A stretch of DNA of 37,221 nucleotides from Veleropilina oligotropha (GCA_048128005.1 JBEUKZ010000083.1:124001-161221); one strand, 5' to 3'. Positions 1-12,245 are shown, counted from the stretch's first letter. Notes: generated from the sequence alone by a model not told the origin. Translations and numbers: made by a program.

Positions 1-120
1 CCCACCTGACACACTATTCTGACACTGGCCAACCAGTCATTACTCTTAGTCTCTATCCTTATAATGCCCGAGACCTTCCCGCGGTAGGTACGACACTCTA
101 CCACTAGACCATCTGCCCGG
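1..120 (-). mobile_element. tRNA-derived SINE fragment
   Basis: The reverse complement near 95-111 reads TGGTCTAGTGGTAGAGTG (Pol III A-box-like). The body resembles invertebrate SINE cores. Confidence 0.4.
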
Positions 121-332
121 GTCTGAGTTGGAGAGTGAGCTCGCATGTTACAATAATAGTCGGGTCAATCAAAACAGATTTAATAGATGATATATATATA
201 TGCAAACCTGTATGAAATGGGTTTCGCTTTCAAACCAGCAGGTGGAAAAAAGTATTTGACTTTGCGATGGAGTGTCATTGTAATAGACAGCAATCAACTT
301 GAAAGGTATATTGCAAATAAATCTCTGCATAC

Positions 333-1755
333 CTTCTTCCTGTGGAGGTTCTATGTGTTCTGGATTCTGCCTCTTAAATCCCTCACCACTGGGTGTGGAT
401 GGTCGCCTTTCCTCATCGGTAGTGTCGGTATTTGGTGGGCCACTATCAGCTAAACACAAAGAAAAATATTTACTGAATAATGTGACATTTTGTTTTAACT
501 AAATATAGGAACTCCCGTCTGATGGTATAAACTTGGAATTTTCAAGTGAAGGCAAACAATCAGCTTTTTGCAGCAGATAAATAGGTATTTGTGTATCAAA
601 TTGTTTCATTGTTTGTGTTTTCTTCATGTTATTGTCCTGTGTAAACATGAGAAAATGTCTAGTTTGCATCATTGTGGAAGGATAAAAAGAATATGAGATG
701 ATATTAACTTGACGTGTCTACCTTAATTTCTTTCCATTAAACAAATTACTATTGAATTTTATTTTTATTTTCATTATTTAATAGCTAATAATTCAGAACA
801 TACTGTCACTGTTTTCCTGGATCATTTCATCATCAGGGCCCATGACACCGGAAGAATCCAGCATAATAGATGGTTCGATGGACGGTCTATCTCCTAACAC
901 TGCATCCATTTCATCATAGAACCTAGAAAAATAAACAGAGCATATAACAGTATTTTCTACAGTATCGTGAATGCATTTCTTGATATATTGTGTCCCTGTA
1001 TATTTAGTGCAGAGACACTATCAGTATGCCATTTAATTTCTCAGGGAGTATGGGTGCAGAAAGTATATGAGATCACATATCATGAAAGGATGGAATTACA
1101 GATGTAGTGAAAACTTTTAAAAAATATACATGAGAGTAAATACTTCATTTACAAAGCAGACTCGGGTTCATTTTGATAAAAAAATACTTTTTTGTTAAAA
1201 GATTTGTCATCAAAATTAATATATTTTAATTTATAATCTGAATTATCATGTTTGTTCAGTCGCCCATTCCATAAAAACCCCAACAGCAACAAAAACATGA
1301 CATATATTTTTGCATTTTCAAACTGAGTGTGGCACGAATTAAACCGAGTTAATAATTGCATTAAAGTCAGTTGGTGTAAAACATTACCATATTCCATCAG
1401 TCCATAGCACGTGTAAATCGCAGATTAATAATGTAGACATTGTTAAATATATTCATGATATGAAATTACAGTACTACTTATACCTACCCGAAGCGAGACC
1501 TTCCACTGCCACTTTTATTATTGGCTTCCTTGGCAATCTTGTATTGACACTTCAAAATCTTAATTTTCGATCGACATTGCTCAAGGGTAAATGGCGCCTC
1601 CTTATCTGCTTATCGGGAAACATGCCGTTCAATTCTGCGCACATTTCTTCGAATGTCTCCTTGTTACGCTGCGTGCTCTCTAGCATCTCTTGAATTCTGT
1701 CTTGTCCCCATACATCAATGAGGGCAGTCACCTCGTTTCTCTTCCAAAGAACCAT
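333..1755 (-). pseudogene. Spliced Myb/SANT-like (trihelix, MSANTD-type) DNA-binding gene, probably PIF/Harbinger accessory gene; frameshifted. Exons 1755-1488, 922-804, 449-333; 3' end not found
   Basis: Exon 1 reads MVLWKRNEVTALIDVWGQDRIQEMLESTQRNKETFEEMCAELNGMFPDK / EAPFTLEQCRSKIKILKCQYKIAKEANNKSGSGRSRFG. Exon 2 continues FYDEMDAVLGDRP. Introns are GT-AG with consistent phases (2, then 1). An 8-bp insertion near 1601-1614 shifts the frame. Confidence 0.85.
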
Positions 1756-1906
1756 TTATATCGCTTTTGTAAACAGGTAAATAAAACTCGAAACAGGTGT
1801 GTCAACAAAAGTTGAACGCCGCGGGCTACTTGGTGGAGGAAAGGTCGAGGACGTTGCGCGTGCGCATTAACTTTAGTCGTGTTTATTGCGATACATAACG
1901 CAACGA

Positions 1907-2039
1907 GCGTCCACACTTGTGTAAAGCGCAATCTTCGCGTTATGTAGCGATACGTTGCGCGAAATTTCCTGGGTGGTAGCAGGACTTTTTCCGGAAAAGT
2001 TACGCGACGATTTCTGTCATTTATCGTGAGTGTGGACGC
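1907..2039. repeat. 11-bp inverted repeat GCGTCCACACT...AGTGTGGACGC, Harbinger-like terminal/subterminal motif
   Basis: 1907-1917 and 2029-2039 are exact reverse complements, directly upstream of the Myb/SANT gene. No target duplication was identified. Confidence 0.5.
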
Positions 2040-2442
2040 CCGTTTCGAAATAATTGCGTTATATTTAAGCTAAAATTCACGGGCCATTGACGTTTAAACC
2101 AGAAATATGAGCGAAATCCATCATCGACTTGCTACCCACCCACGTATAATATAAGAGAGGGCACCCAAGTGCACTTTTTGCCAGTTATTCACATGCCCCA
2201 CTTCGAATCGCATTTCACCTACCAGAATCAACAGTAATACAGGAAACGTACTATCATGCAATGCATTACATACTTATATTCGCCCCACTTGCCTCATTAG
2301 AGCAGAAAAGCCGATCCGATAACGATAAAAGCGACATTTGTTCGTCCCTTGGGCCACATCTTCTACTGGTGTCGAAGTTTTTCTTCAACGTTGAGGGAAA
2401 TGGACAGCACGCTGAGGGGGCGAATGGCTATGCGTTATCCGA

Positions 2443-2512
2443 TTGGATAATATTGACTCACTACAATAACTCGATTTAAATAATTTGAATGTAGTGAGTC
2501 AATATTATCCAA
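2443..2512. repeat. Perfect 23-bp inverted repeat (hairpin), 24-nt spacer
   Basis: TTGGATAATATTGACTCACTACA (2443-2465) pairs with TGTAGTGAGTCAATATTATCCAA (2490-2512). Confidence 0.9.
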
Positions 2513-2516
2513 AAGG

Positions 2517-2554
2517 TACCGTAAAGCTTCTAATAGTAGCCGGGTGTCTAATAG
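2517..2554 (+). mobile_element. Solo terminus of a pogo element related to the one at 15703
   Basis: TA-CCGTAAAGCTTCTAATAGTAGCCGGG versus TA-CCGTAAAGCTTCGAATAGAAGCCGGG at 15701. Confidence 0.75.
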
Positions 2555-4219
2555 ATAATACGCCATTGTTTACTATCGATACGAATACTTCCGGGACGGA
2601 AACTCGGTCGCGCCACCTATCGGATTAGTACGTGATTGTTCACCATTACTCCATTGTTCCAATTAACTCGGGTCACAGTTGGCCCTAACAAAGGAATTGA
2701 CAAGAAAACTTTGATTGAAACAGTCCAATATTTCATGTCGCACCCTTGGGGGTAATATGTCGTAGGTGCTACCTAGAAACGAGCACTCAGATATGGCATA
2801 TATATGATACATATAATTATTAAAACTAATTACCGGGTACAAAGTTTAAACTAATATTTAATTTTGTTATTAAAAATTTAATAATAAATTATTAATTCTT
2901 TCAACTAGTTTATTGACATAATTGTATTGCCACTATTGGCTCGATGTATCCCGAACTTTGACCGCTCCATGGTCTTAGTTTTATGTTATGGTAAAACTTA
3001 TATTGTAACTTGAGGAGCGATGTAGTGGGTTGCAACGATATTCTTTGTAACGGATATTTTATTTATGTGCACCGGTAAAATTACTTGTATTGCGCACCGC
3101 CTAGTCGACACACAGACACTATGCCTATGTTATCGAAGCGAGGGAAACGACGTACGGCTCGAAGCGCACATGGCTGTGGCTCGTCCATTTAAAGTATTTG
3201 TTTAGTATATTACGTTCGTTACTTAGGGCCCGTTACTTATTCATATAAGGTACACAACACTCTCTTAGTTTGAATCGATCGGTAAACTCCGCGAATTTAC
3301 CGAATCATTTTCTCGTTGCCAAGACGACACTGGCGAATTCAAGGCAAAGACGTCACCGCTAACGGATATCCGAGACTTGGCTTTAAAACTTCAGCGGAAT
3401 TCAATATTTATGACAGGCGCTGCGCGCCTGTCATATGCATGTTTAATGTGGAAGCGCTTCGCGTTTGACACGCTTGACAAATAAATAAAATGTATACCCA
3501 TAAGCCAAAGCCCCATATCAACGTTAAACGATCCCAGCATGCAACCCGTTTCCGTCCAAATAATCAGAACGGTAAGGGTACACTAGATTTGTTGATCATT
3601 GATTATTTTCTACACACACGTTAGTACTTACCTATAGAGCTCACACTTCGTGCTCGCTAATATCATGGGCAAGTCCATGTTTTCAGAGGTTAAAGCCTGC
3701 AATAGACTTTCACGGTATGCGCCTAAAGAAAATCAAAGATAACACAGGCACAAAACCCGGTATAGAAAAGTTTTATGGTGAATGGAAAGAAAATGAAAAA
3801 TAATATTGATATATAAATTAAAACATAATTTAGTTCGGTTTTTATCGACACCTATGGTCAATAATTACTTGATTCGTGTTATTTTGCGATAATATAATTA
3901 TACAATAAATTTCAATAAAATTGAATCACATCATATCGATGTTGTGCAAAATTGGCATAAGTTACATTATGTGCTTTTCCAATTTTAAGAGATGATATAT
4001 TTAATATTAATAATAGATATAGTTTAATAACATAGGTCAATATTTCTTATCATCAGCTCTTATCCTGATTATTTGTCATAATGAACACCATGTTTGTTGG
4101 TTGTATGCAATGTCATATTTTTCAGTTGAGCATTCTCATATAAGCACAGTTTTGAGATTTCAAAAATTGTAATAAAAATGCTTTTTCTCAATTTTCAACA
4201 ACCTTCTTTTCCATATCAG

Positions 4220-4318
4220 GAATTGTCCAGATTCTCGCGAGAGGAGAATCCACCCACACAGGCCAGCTATGATCAACTGCTACTATCATCTGAACAATGT
4301 GTCCAGCCGATATTTTAT
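4220..4318 (+). pseudogene. Candidate exon encoding N-terminal part of a C-type lectin domain
   Basis: Acceptor TTCTTTTCCATATCAG. Translation NCPDSRERRIHPHRPAMINCYYHLNNVSSRYF has a CP...CY pattern. It lies on the same strand upstream of the clear CTLD exon. Confidence 0.35.
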
Positions 4319-4384
4319 GTAATGAGTATTTTGCAGAATACTAAGACATAATGTCGATACATTATTTGGAGATCTAAAAAGGAA

Positions 4385-4635
4385 TATATATTACCATGGA
4401 TAGAAACTTGAGATTATGCAAATTATGTAATATGTCCGCTGTGGAAGACGAATACCATTTTATTTTAGTATGCCCAATTTACTCTCAATTACGATCAAAA
4501 TACTTTCCTCGTTATTTCTGCCACTGGTCAATTCTAACGAAGTTTATTAAAATAATGAAGCTTATGGACCAAGCAAAGGCTATACGACTTGGGAAATATG
4601 TTTATGATGCGAACATGCAGAGAAAAAATGTTTAG
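4385..4635 (+). mobile_element. 3' fragment of non-LTR retrotransposon ORF2 (C-terminal CCHC region)
   Basis: RLCKLCNMSAVEDEYHFILVCPIYSQLRSKY matches the R-x-C-x2-C...EDE-x-HF-x3-C-x2-Y-x2-LR motif of LINE C-termini. Confidence 0.8.
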
Positions 4636-4959
4636 AAAACATTCAAAATTAGCAAGTTACGTTGTGTTTTAATCTCGTTTTTATTCCCCAGTTAGTTCCT
4701 TCTAGAATTTGTCCATGGCGTAATATAATATATGGAGGGTATTCGATGGTATGTCAGAAATATTAAATATATTTTGTCAAGTGAAATATATCTTAGCGGA
4801 TTCACGAAAGGCCGGTATTCGGTTGTTTGAAAAGGGGGCCAACTGTTACAATATATTCTTAACTGTCCACGCAGTAGGAAATTGTGTGAAACTCTATCCT
4901 GCATTTTGTGGAATAGAAATGAATTTATATAACATTTATTTCTCAAATACAATAATATG

Positions 4960-5365
4960 TTAAACATCATTTTAAGCTTGATACAAAGCCATATTATCAC
5001 CGAAAGCAATGAAAAGGCTGATAAAGCAGCAAAGTCAGCTTTACAAATAAATCAACGTATAAATTTCGAAATTCGTATTCAGATTTTAAGTACCATATAA
5101 ATAAAAACATTCAATCTATATGACTATGTTGTTGGGATGATCGCACGAGGGATAATCTGCAGAATGTCCAGGATCTTCTTGGTGAGGTGAGCCCCTCTTA
5201 CAGGTCCCTGCGCCGGGAAGTGGTCGTCTTGGCCAGACCGTTAATTGGATATTCTCACTACACTCACTTCTACTTCCGTAGAGAGGAGCCTTCACCCGAG
5301 TGTATTCCTTGGGCTACTGACCTAACATCAAACACATAATATTGGACTGTGTTGATTTTGTCCCA
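4960..5365 (+). mobile_element. Degenerate I-group (Nimb-like) LINE 3' fragment: RNase H end plus CCHC
   Basis: IQSHIITESNEKADKAAKSAL (RNase H C-terminal motif), then RREVVVLARPLIGYSHYTHFYFRREEPSPECIP...KHIILDCVDF. Confidence 0.75.
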
Positions 5366-5664
5366 TATATAAATCGGTTAGTTATCAATTAAATAATGTT
5401 ACCATTGTATAACCATGCTTATTTTTGTGGAATACGTTGTTGACGTTGTAATGTTGGAAAGAGGTTCGCCATCATAACGTCGCCATGGATGACGTCGCCA
5501 TGGAGAACGTTTATATGACGTCACGTTATGACGCGTTTTTGATATTTTCACTCACGAGAGTGAAATATGGAAAATAATTTCACTCACGTGAGTGAAATTA
5601 TATATGAGTGAATTACCGATTATATTTTTGCCATTAATTAACGAATAACAGAACCATTTATATA
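5365..5664. mobile_element. Small non-autonomous element with imperfect inverted ends and internal palindromes
   Basis: Ends ATATAAATCGGTTAGTTATC and GAATAACAGAACCATTTATAT. Internal TTTCACTCACG(A/T)GAGTGAAA occurs twice (about 5546-5597). It abuts the end of the LINE fragment. Confidence 0.45.
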
Positions 5665-5993
5665 ATAAATGAGATTATTATAACATATTGGAGGTTATAG
5701 TTTGTTTGTATTTATACAGAATCGTTATTACTCCTATGATAACTCTAGTTATATAAACTTTATGTTGCAGAATCCTCCTATAACGTATATAGTATAACAG
5801 TAATAATTTGTTTACTCTCATATTTATTTCCTGTTCACGCTCATCCGCCTACATTTATGTAATGTAAATAGACTAGGGGATATTTAGCTTGTGCCAACAA
5901 ACATTGATTGATACATTATCATAGTAAAGTTCTTGTTTGCTTTTTGTACATAACTTTAAAATATTGTTGAAAATTTACTGGTATATTCCATAG

Positions 5994-6217
5994 ATATACC
6001 AAAGGTTTCTATTGGCTGGATTTGACTGATGAAGACATGGTTGGACAATTTCATTGGTCAGATGGATCCATACCCATATATACAAATTGGGACATCATCA
6101 TATTTCAACCAAATGGCGACGGCGCATGCGTGGCCGTTAGTGAACCTGACAACTGTTTGTGGCGGGATCGTCCATGCAATATGTTGTATAGAGCTCTCTG
6201 CCAGTGGGAACCAAAAG
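5994..6217 (+). CDS. Exon encoding C-terminal half of a C-type lectin domain
   Basis: TAG acceptor at 5991-93 and GT donor at 6218. Translation YTKGFYWLDLTDEDMVGQFHWSDGSIPIYTNWDIIIFQPNGDGACVAVSEPDNCLWRDRPCNMLYRALCQWEPK has WIGL-like, QPN and WRD motifs and the conserved cysteines. Confidence 0.9.
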
Positions 6218-6289
6218 GTATCTTTGCTCATGTGCATACGGAATATTTAAAAAATATTATCGAATTTAATGTTTAATATTATTATTCAG

Positions 6290-6345
6290 AGAATAAATGT
6301 CCTGGACTACCAAGCATTAATGGGAGACCTGAAAAATACCTATAA
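6290..6345 (+). CDS. Possible next exon of the lectin gene (ENKCPGLPSINGRPEKYL*)
   Basis: A 72-bp GT..AG intron (6218-6289) with compatible phase. The TAA may be a true stop or a nonsense mutation. Confidence 0.4.
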
Positions 6346-7021
6346 AGAGATGAAAATAAGACGGTGAAAAATCTCAATTTTTGTTTGAATACATTTACAA
6401 CGGTCCTGCCTTGCTAGTAAATGACAATTATTTAACATTTCGTTACATTGAGTAACATACAACAAAAAATGATGCTTTCATTCATTTATGGTTAAATTCA
6501 ATATCATATAATACTTTTTATGGGTTCACTTGCATCACGCTTTTACGGCAAGGAAAGTGACATCCTTCCAATTTTTATCGATGAACGCTGTACCGATTTA
6601 TAGAACTCCCTTTCTGCGCGATAGAATACTTGTCGTGTCGATCAACACAAACAATTGCTGCATTTTCTTGATATTTCGATTTGTAAGCTCGTGTTACATC
6701 CATGGATCTGTTTACACTGTTGTATTCCAAATACATAACTGTTTGTAACCAACAGTGAATAACCCGCTTTGAATATAACCAGACAAAACATAATGAAAGA
6801 TTTTTTGTCAAAAATCTTATTTATTATGTAGGAAGATATTCAATGCAAATTGTTTATTCATTAAACGGACGCAACCTTGTTATTCTATTACGCATTGACA
6901 CCCGACCACTGGGATAGCAAAAGGCTTATTGCAACTTAAAATTACCCTATACCCATTATAAATTCAGTAAACACTAAAAACGTGAATATTGCAGACATAC
7001 ACAAACTAATTAATTTAGTGC

Positions 7022-7268
7022 AATTAATGCAATATACATCAGCAACTCCAAGTTTCATTCATAATTAATGCAATATACATCAGCAACTCCAAGTTTCATT
7101 CATAATTAATGCAATATACATCAGCAACTCCAAGTTTCATTCAGAATTAATGCAATATACATCAGCAACTCCAAGTTTCATTCAGAATTAATGCAATATA
7201 CATCAGCAACTCCAAGTTTCATTCAGAATTAATACAATATACATCAGCAACTCCAAGTTTAGAATTAA
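7022..7268. repeat. Minisatellite, 41-bp unit x about 6
   Basis: AATTAATGCAATATACATCAGCAACTCCAAGTTTCATTCA(T/G) starts at 7022, 7063, 7104, 7145, 7186 and 7227. Confidence 0.95.
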
Positions 7269-7356
7269 CGCCATAGAAAATTGAACTCATTGATCATATT
7301 CACATTCATATTCGAACAACATATATATTTTATGTACAACACAAAAAAGCCGTGGT

Positions 7357-7696
7357 CTTATTATTATATTGTTCATCTGTCATCTGTCATCTGTCATCTT
7401 TCTTTATTATTATATTGTTCATCTGTAATCTGTCATCTTTCTTTATTATTATATTGTTCATCTGTCATCTGTCATCTGTCATTTTTTATTATTATTATAT
7501 TGTTCATCTGTCATCTGTCATCTGTCATCTTTCTTTATTATTATATTGTTCATCTGTCATCTGTCATCTTTCTTTATTATTATATTGTTCATCTGTCATC
7601 TGTCATCTGTCATCTTTCTTTATTATTATATTGTTCATCTGTCATCTGTCATCTGTCATCTTTCTTTATTATTATATTGTTTATCTGTCATCTGTC
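7357..7696. repeat. Compound VNTR: TTATTATTATATTGTT + (CATCTGT)2-3 + CATCTTTCT, about 8 units
   Basis: Directly visible. It explains the spurious ORFs 7281-7751 and 7352-7960. Confidence 0.95.
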
Positions 7697-10544
7697 GCAA
7701 GTAAGCTTGGCAGATTATGCGAGAAGACGGAACAGGTCGTTTCTTTGGTAAGGTTTGGGCGCTCACTGAGAGATATCTTTTCAACCCAAGCGCAAAACAC
7801 ATTTTTTACAACCACAATTCACTTTGGTTATAACCAAACGTCAAGAAAACGCAGAAAATGTTCGCAGAGGCTGACATGTTTGTTAATCAATTGTGTTAGA
7901 GTTATGAATGTCGTCAAGACATCTTCAATGTCATATTCGACCAAGCATTATTCCATGTAGAGCGGCTTTAAAGAACACTCTAATAATGCATTAGCAGTTT
8001 AGGCTGTGGACCGAAGCCAATATATGTCATCCTAAATGATGAAGTGCTGCAGCCTAAGGGGTGAATACAAGAACTTTACAGAAAAATTATCTCCATTATC
8101 TCCTTGTTGAAAAACAACAATGTTTTCCTAAATATATGTGGTCACTAAGAAGTAATTTGACGTTAAAGTGACCAGTGCTGGTAAATTCGTGACTGTGTAG
8201 CATGACGGAAGACCTCTATCGCACGGTTCGCGCAGATTGATTCAATTTTCACTGTGGTATGATCGATATATGATCAAATGATAGATTTTTATTGAAACTA
8301 TAGTTGTATCTAGGCAATATATATTATTGTCAAATATAAACCTAACTTACTTGACGAGTATAAACCTACGCTACTTTGCTTCAGCTTGGTCAATTGGAAA
8401 TGTCACACGGTGCGAGGTGGTTAAAAGCGGATCACTTTCAATTATTTTTTCATCTTCAGTAGCGATTAATTTAAACAATAGCAAATTACTGACGAAAGTT
8501 GAATATTAAAAAAATATATATTATAAATGAAAATTGTAATGCGGTTAGTTTTCTTTTCAAAGAACGACAATCAAAATTTTGCTGAATTCGACAACAATAT
8601 GTGTAATTTGCATTGTACGGAAGCATATTTAGGACACCATTTATATATACTAAATTTGGCAAAACTTTCAGCCTATTGCCATGGATTATCTCACAAAACA
8701 ATAATATTATAATCTCTTAATGCTGTTTCAATACATGCATATATGAAAAAATAATGTTTGTTGTATCTTCGCTGATAGACGTGACATTATTTGTTCAGTT
8801 ATGAATCACAGTAAATAGATTAAATAGAATTTGTTTGGGTTTAGAAAGCGCATTACTGCCACTCATATAAAAACCCACCGGTTTGTCTTCAATCACGTCA
8901 AATGAGAAATTACGATGTTATTGTCAATGGGATTTCATTTGGGATTTGAAAGTCTTCAAGTTCAGACTTCTACAATGGCTTCGATGACGTTATGTCAAAG
9001 GGTAATGGTATTTGCATGGAATGAGTTGTATACACTGTTCATGTGGATTAAATGTATTTTTTAAAAATTTGAGAGAGTTCTGGTTCTTTAGGAACCAATG
9101 ATTCCTTTGTGACAATTTTTGCCAGGTGGTGAACAATCCTGAATATAATATATAGTCTTGCATTCCTTCATCCTTTTGGTGAAGTCTCGCCCGGTCAGGG
9201 ATCATCCTGGTGACAATAATGCATGGTGCATTTGCAGTAGTTATATTTATAATCCAGCATCACGTCTTTGCATCATCACCGTCCTCTCTTGTAATCGTTT
9301 ATCAAATAGTACTGATATATTCATTCATGGATCTTATTGCTGTCTCTTTTACTTTTGTCATTAAATTATATTTGTTTCGTCGTAGAAATGATAATGATTT
9401 ATATGGTAATGGTCACTATGGTCCGATTTGCTATGTAAAAACCTGACAATATTGATGTATGTACCTCCTGTGGCATTTGGTCGTTGATGATATAATATTT
9501 TGTTATAGGGACTTTTCTTCTGGACACGGACATGACCTTGCAAGGGCATCCCCTGGTGCACCATTTTAACCAAATTCGGTATATTGCCAGGAGACAACAA
9601 TGACTTTTTAACTGAGCAGAGTGATAACAATGCAAAGCTAGCCAGTGCTTGACATCGAACCAAGGAGACTTGTCTCCCTTTAATATGTGAACTATGAAAA
9701 TGGTTTCACACCACAATTAAATTGTTCTATGATGATCTGCCGCCTATCACATAGCCTTAGACACTCTAGCACGTATACACGGATTTTGATAGACATTCCA
9801 TTCTCTCAAGAAATATTTACAACATTTAATGAAAATTTCAATATTTTGTGACCGGTTACATTTTTCGCTACGTCCTTTTATGTTTAACCTCAAGGGGACA
9901 TGGACATATCACACACTCACCGCGAAGGGACAGAGGAAAAGTCACGATATGCTTGTTTAAAAGGGAGGACTCGGATATTGATTAATTGCGTATCTGATGA
10001 CACTTAAGCATCTCCTCAATGAGATGCAGTGACAAATCAATCCAGCCAATGTACAGGAATAGAGAAAATAACATCATTCCACAAGGCACAATAATTGCTT
10101 TCGTCACATCCGGGAGAACTGCCATTTCAGGAAAGATAACTGTGTATGCTGAGGCCAGCTCGCTAAGGCCGCTTGAACGCATATGACTGCTCTCTATGCA
10201 CGAGCGTGATCTCTTCTTCATCTTGTGCTCAATTTGATTACTCTGAGACGAACGGTTTTGTTCGCTCGTTGCATGGGAGACGACAAGATTATATCGATTC
10301 ACAACTGGCACTCTTCTGGCATTCCCTGTGTTACGCTACCACATTCTTCAAATTTATTTTAAACGTATTTATTTCAAGTAATGATATGACATGAATCTGG
10401 TAAATAGTTTCGTAAAGTAATATTTACACTCTCCTTGCAAAATAAAATGCCAGAATGATTATTGTAGTACAACATGACAATACAATGTATATAATACAAA
10501 TACAGTATTTACATAGGCATAACACGAATTTCGTTTTGGTTTGA

Positions 10545-10664
10545 ATCGATGCTATTATCCGTTTTTGCAGCCTACAGATTCATATAGGATATATGTCAAT
10601 ACTATCCCAGGAGAAAAGCCAGATTGCCCGAGAAAACCCACCGTTATCAGTCAACTGTGACTAT
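10545..10664 (-). mobile_element. SINE-like repeat split by the outer Academ insertion (resumes at about 29004)
   Basis: Similar to copies at 31210-31460 and, inverted, 11080-11125. The empty site CAACTGTGAC-TAT-TAACTGA matches CAACTGTGATTGATAACTGA at 31331. Confidence 0.7.
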
Positions 10665-11020
10665 TAGTCCATGGGTCAGATACCCCCCCCCCCACTGTAG
10701 TCAGGTCGCTTAGCGTCAAAATTATGCGGTTTCGTTACAGAAATGAAAAAAGCATGAAAATTGGTATGTGGCATCTCAAGATGATATCTGATCATATTAT
10801 CTCCGGATCCAGCTTGAAAAATATTTTTTTCCTGAAATATGACCAAAATTCAAAATGAACGTCATAAATGTATAATAGCTCATTAATTTGTCATTTGCTA
10901 TAAATTGGCTGTGTCATTGTGAAAACAAATTCCAGACATTGTTACATGTCCATTTAATGTTGTATCAACCAGTAAGGTAGATGCAACCTCTGTTCTTATA
11001 TCATTTCTTGGAAATATTCA

Positions 11021-11140
11021 GGCCGCACTGGTAGCCGAGTGGACAATAATGCGTATTCTGTTTGTCTAGTTACGGTGAGGGCTGGCTTTCCTCTTGGGAT
11101 AATATTGACTTGTTCTGATATGAACCTGAAAAGCCAGGAA
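11021..11140 (+). mobile_element. tRNA-derived SINE fragment
   Basis: A-box-like GGTAGCCGAGTGG. GGCTTTCCTCTTGGGATAATATTGAC matches the reverse complement of about 10595-10620. Confidence 0.55.
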
Positions 11141-12035
11141 ATTGAAAGGGGGTCGAAATTCATTATTAGTATCAATATACAGTACTATCAACTGTCCACG
11201 CGGGGAGCTGGGACCCGCGCGAAGGTAAATTTTGACTATTAATGGTGTGAAACCTCGTTTCCTGCAGTCTGAGAGTGCAAATACGATGTATTTTACTAAC
11301 ATTTATGAATAATTTTCGCCACTTTGAATGAGTAAAAGGTCACTATTTGAAATATTATAGGAAATATAATTATAAAAATCTGTTTTGTCAAGGCGGCGGG
11401 TGCGACCCCCCCCCCCCTCTCTGGCTACGCCCATGTAACTATAAACGGAACGGAACATTGGAGCATAAAACCGAACCAGTCCAAACCTTAGCAATAAATA
11501 TTCACCAATTATCTCACCGCGGCTGCCATTGTCATTTGATTAAAATAAAGAAAGTTTGAAAATAGTTAGCAAGGAATAGTATGGTACAAAGCATATCACA
11601 TGAAGATCAGCCAAAATAATTGATAGAAACACATCTAAGCAGTGTGGCGGAGAGGAAAGCACCAATCAAAAGATTGTAATAAATGTAATTTCTGCAACAT
11701 AGAGTAGGAAGGTGAATTGTCAATGATAAATTTCGCATCATGAAAAGTAGATTACAGCATCAGAATGGTGATCACCAAAAAATACCATACAAACCAGAAT
11801 ATCGGGTTATTGGGACAAATATCACTACAAGTGTTTACCACAGTTTCGAAACAAATATCTAAAACATTATAGAAACTTAATTTTTCAAACCTGCTATTGC
11901 AGGCAAGTTTATGACTGAATTGAAGGTATTTTTACATCTGGTACAATATGAAGAGGTGGTAGTAGATGGCCACGAAATCATATTTAAGCTATCAGACTTA
12001 GATTCCCTGTTTGTATAAATTAGCATTAGAAGGAC

Positions 12036-12245
12036 TAGGTTGGTTCATTGCCAATATTTTAGATTTGATGCAGTCGGGATACCCGGTTTAAGATCTAACT
12101 CCATATATGACAGACATACATTAGGGATATGCAATCCTTATTATAAGCGGTAGAATAACCCACCGTTTGGGCTCGAACCCGGGCCCTTCTGGTTGTCTCA
12201 GTTGAGTAGCTGACGATATGCGTTCACCCGCCGAAGCTGTTAGAG
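12036..12245 (-). mobile_element. tRNA-derived SINE inserted in the Academ-B transposase
   Basis: Reverse B-box GGCTCGAACCC near 12170. Same family as 20566-20781. GGACT flanks both sides. Confidence 0.65.

Noticed and set aside
3409..3435. 12-bp hairpin TATGACAGGCGC/GCGCCTGTCATA (and a weaker one near 3637-3658) as Helitron 3' end or terminator
   Set aside because: The hairpin is real, but there is no downstream CTRR end or T-tract, so no assignment can be made.
7022..7696. CRISPR-like array
   Set aside because: The units are head-to-tail with no unique spacers; the context is eukaryotic and no cas genes are present.
7281..7960. 156-aa and 202-aa hydrophobic ORFs
   Set aside because: They are translations of the VNTR (repeating LLLYCSSVICHLS).
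8990..10394. Several short ORFs including a KWCTRGCPCK cysteine motif
   Set aside because: Could be a decayed transposase Cys-rich tail, but I found no consistent frame, splice pattern or family signature to support it.
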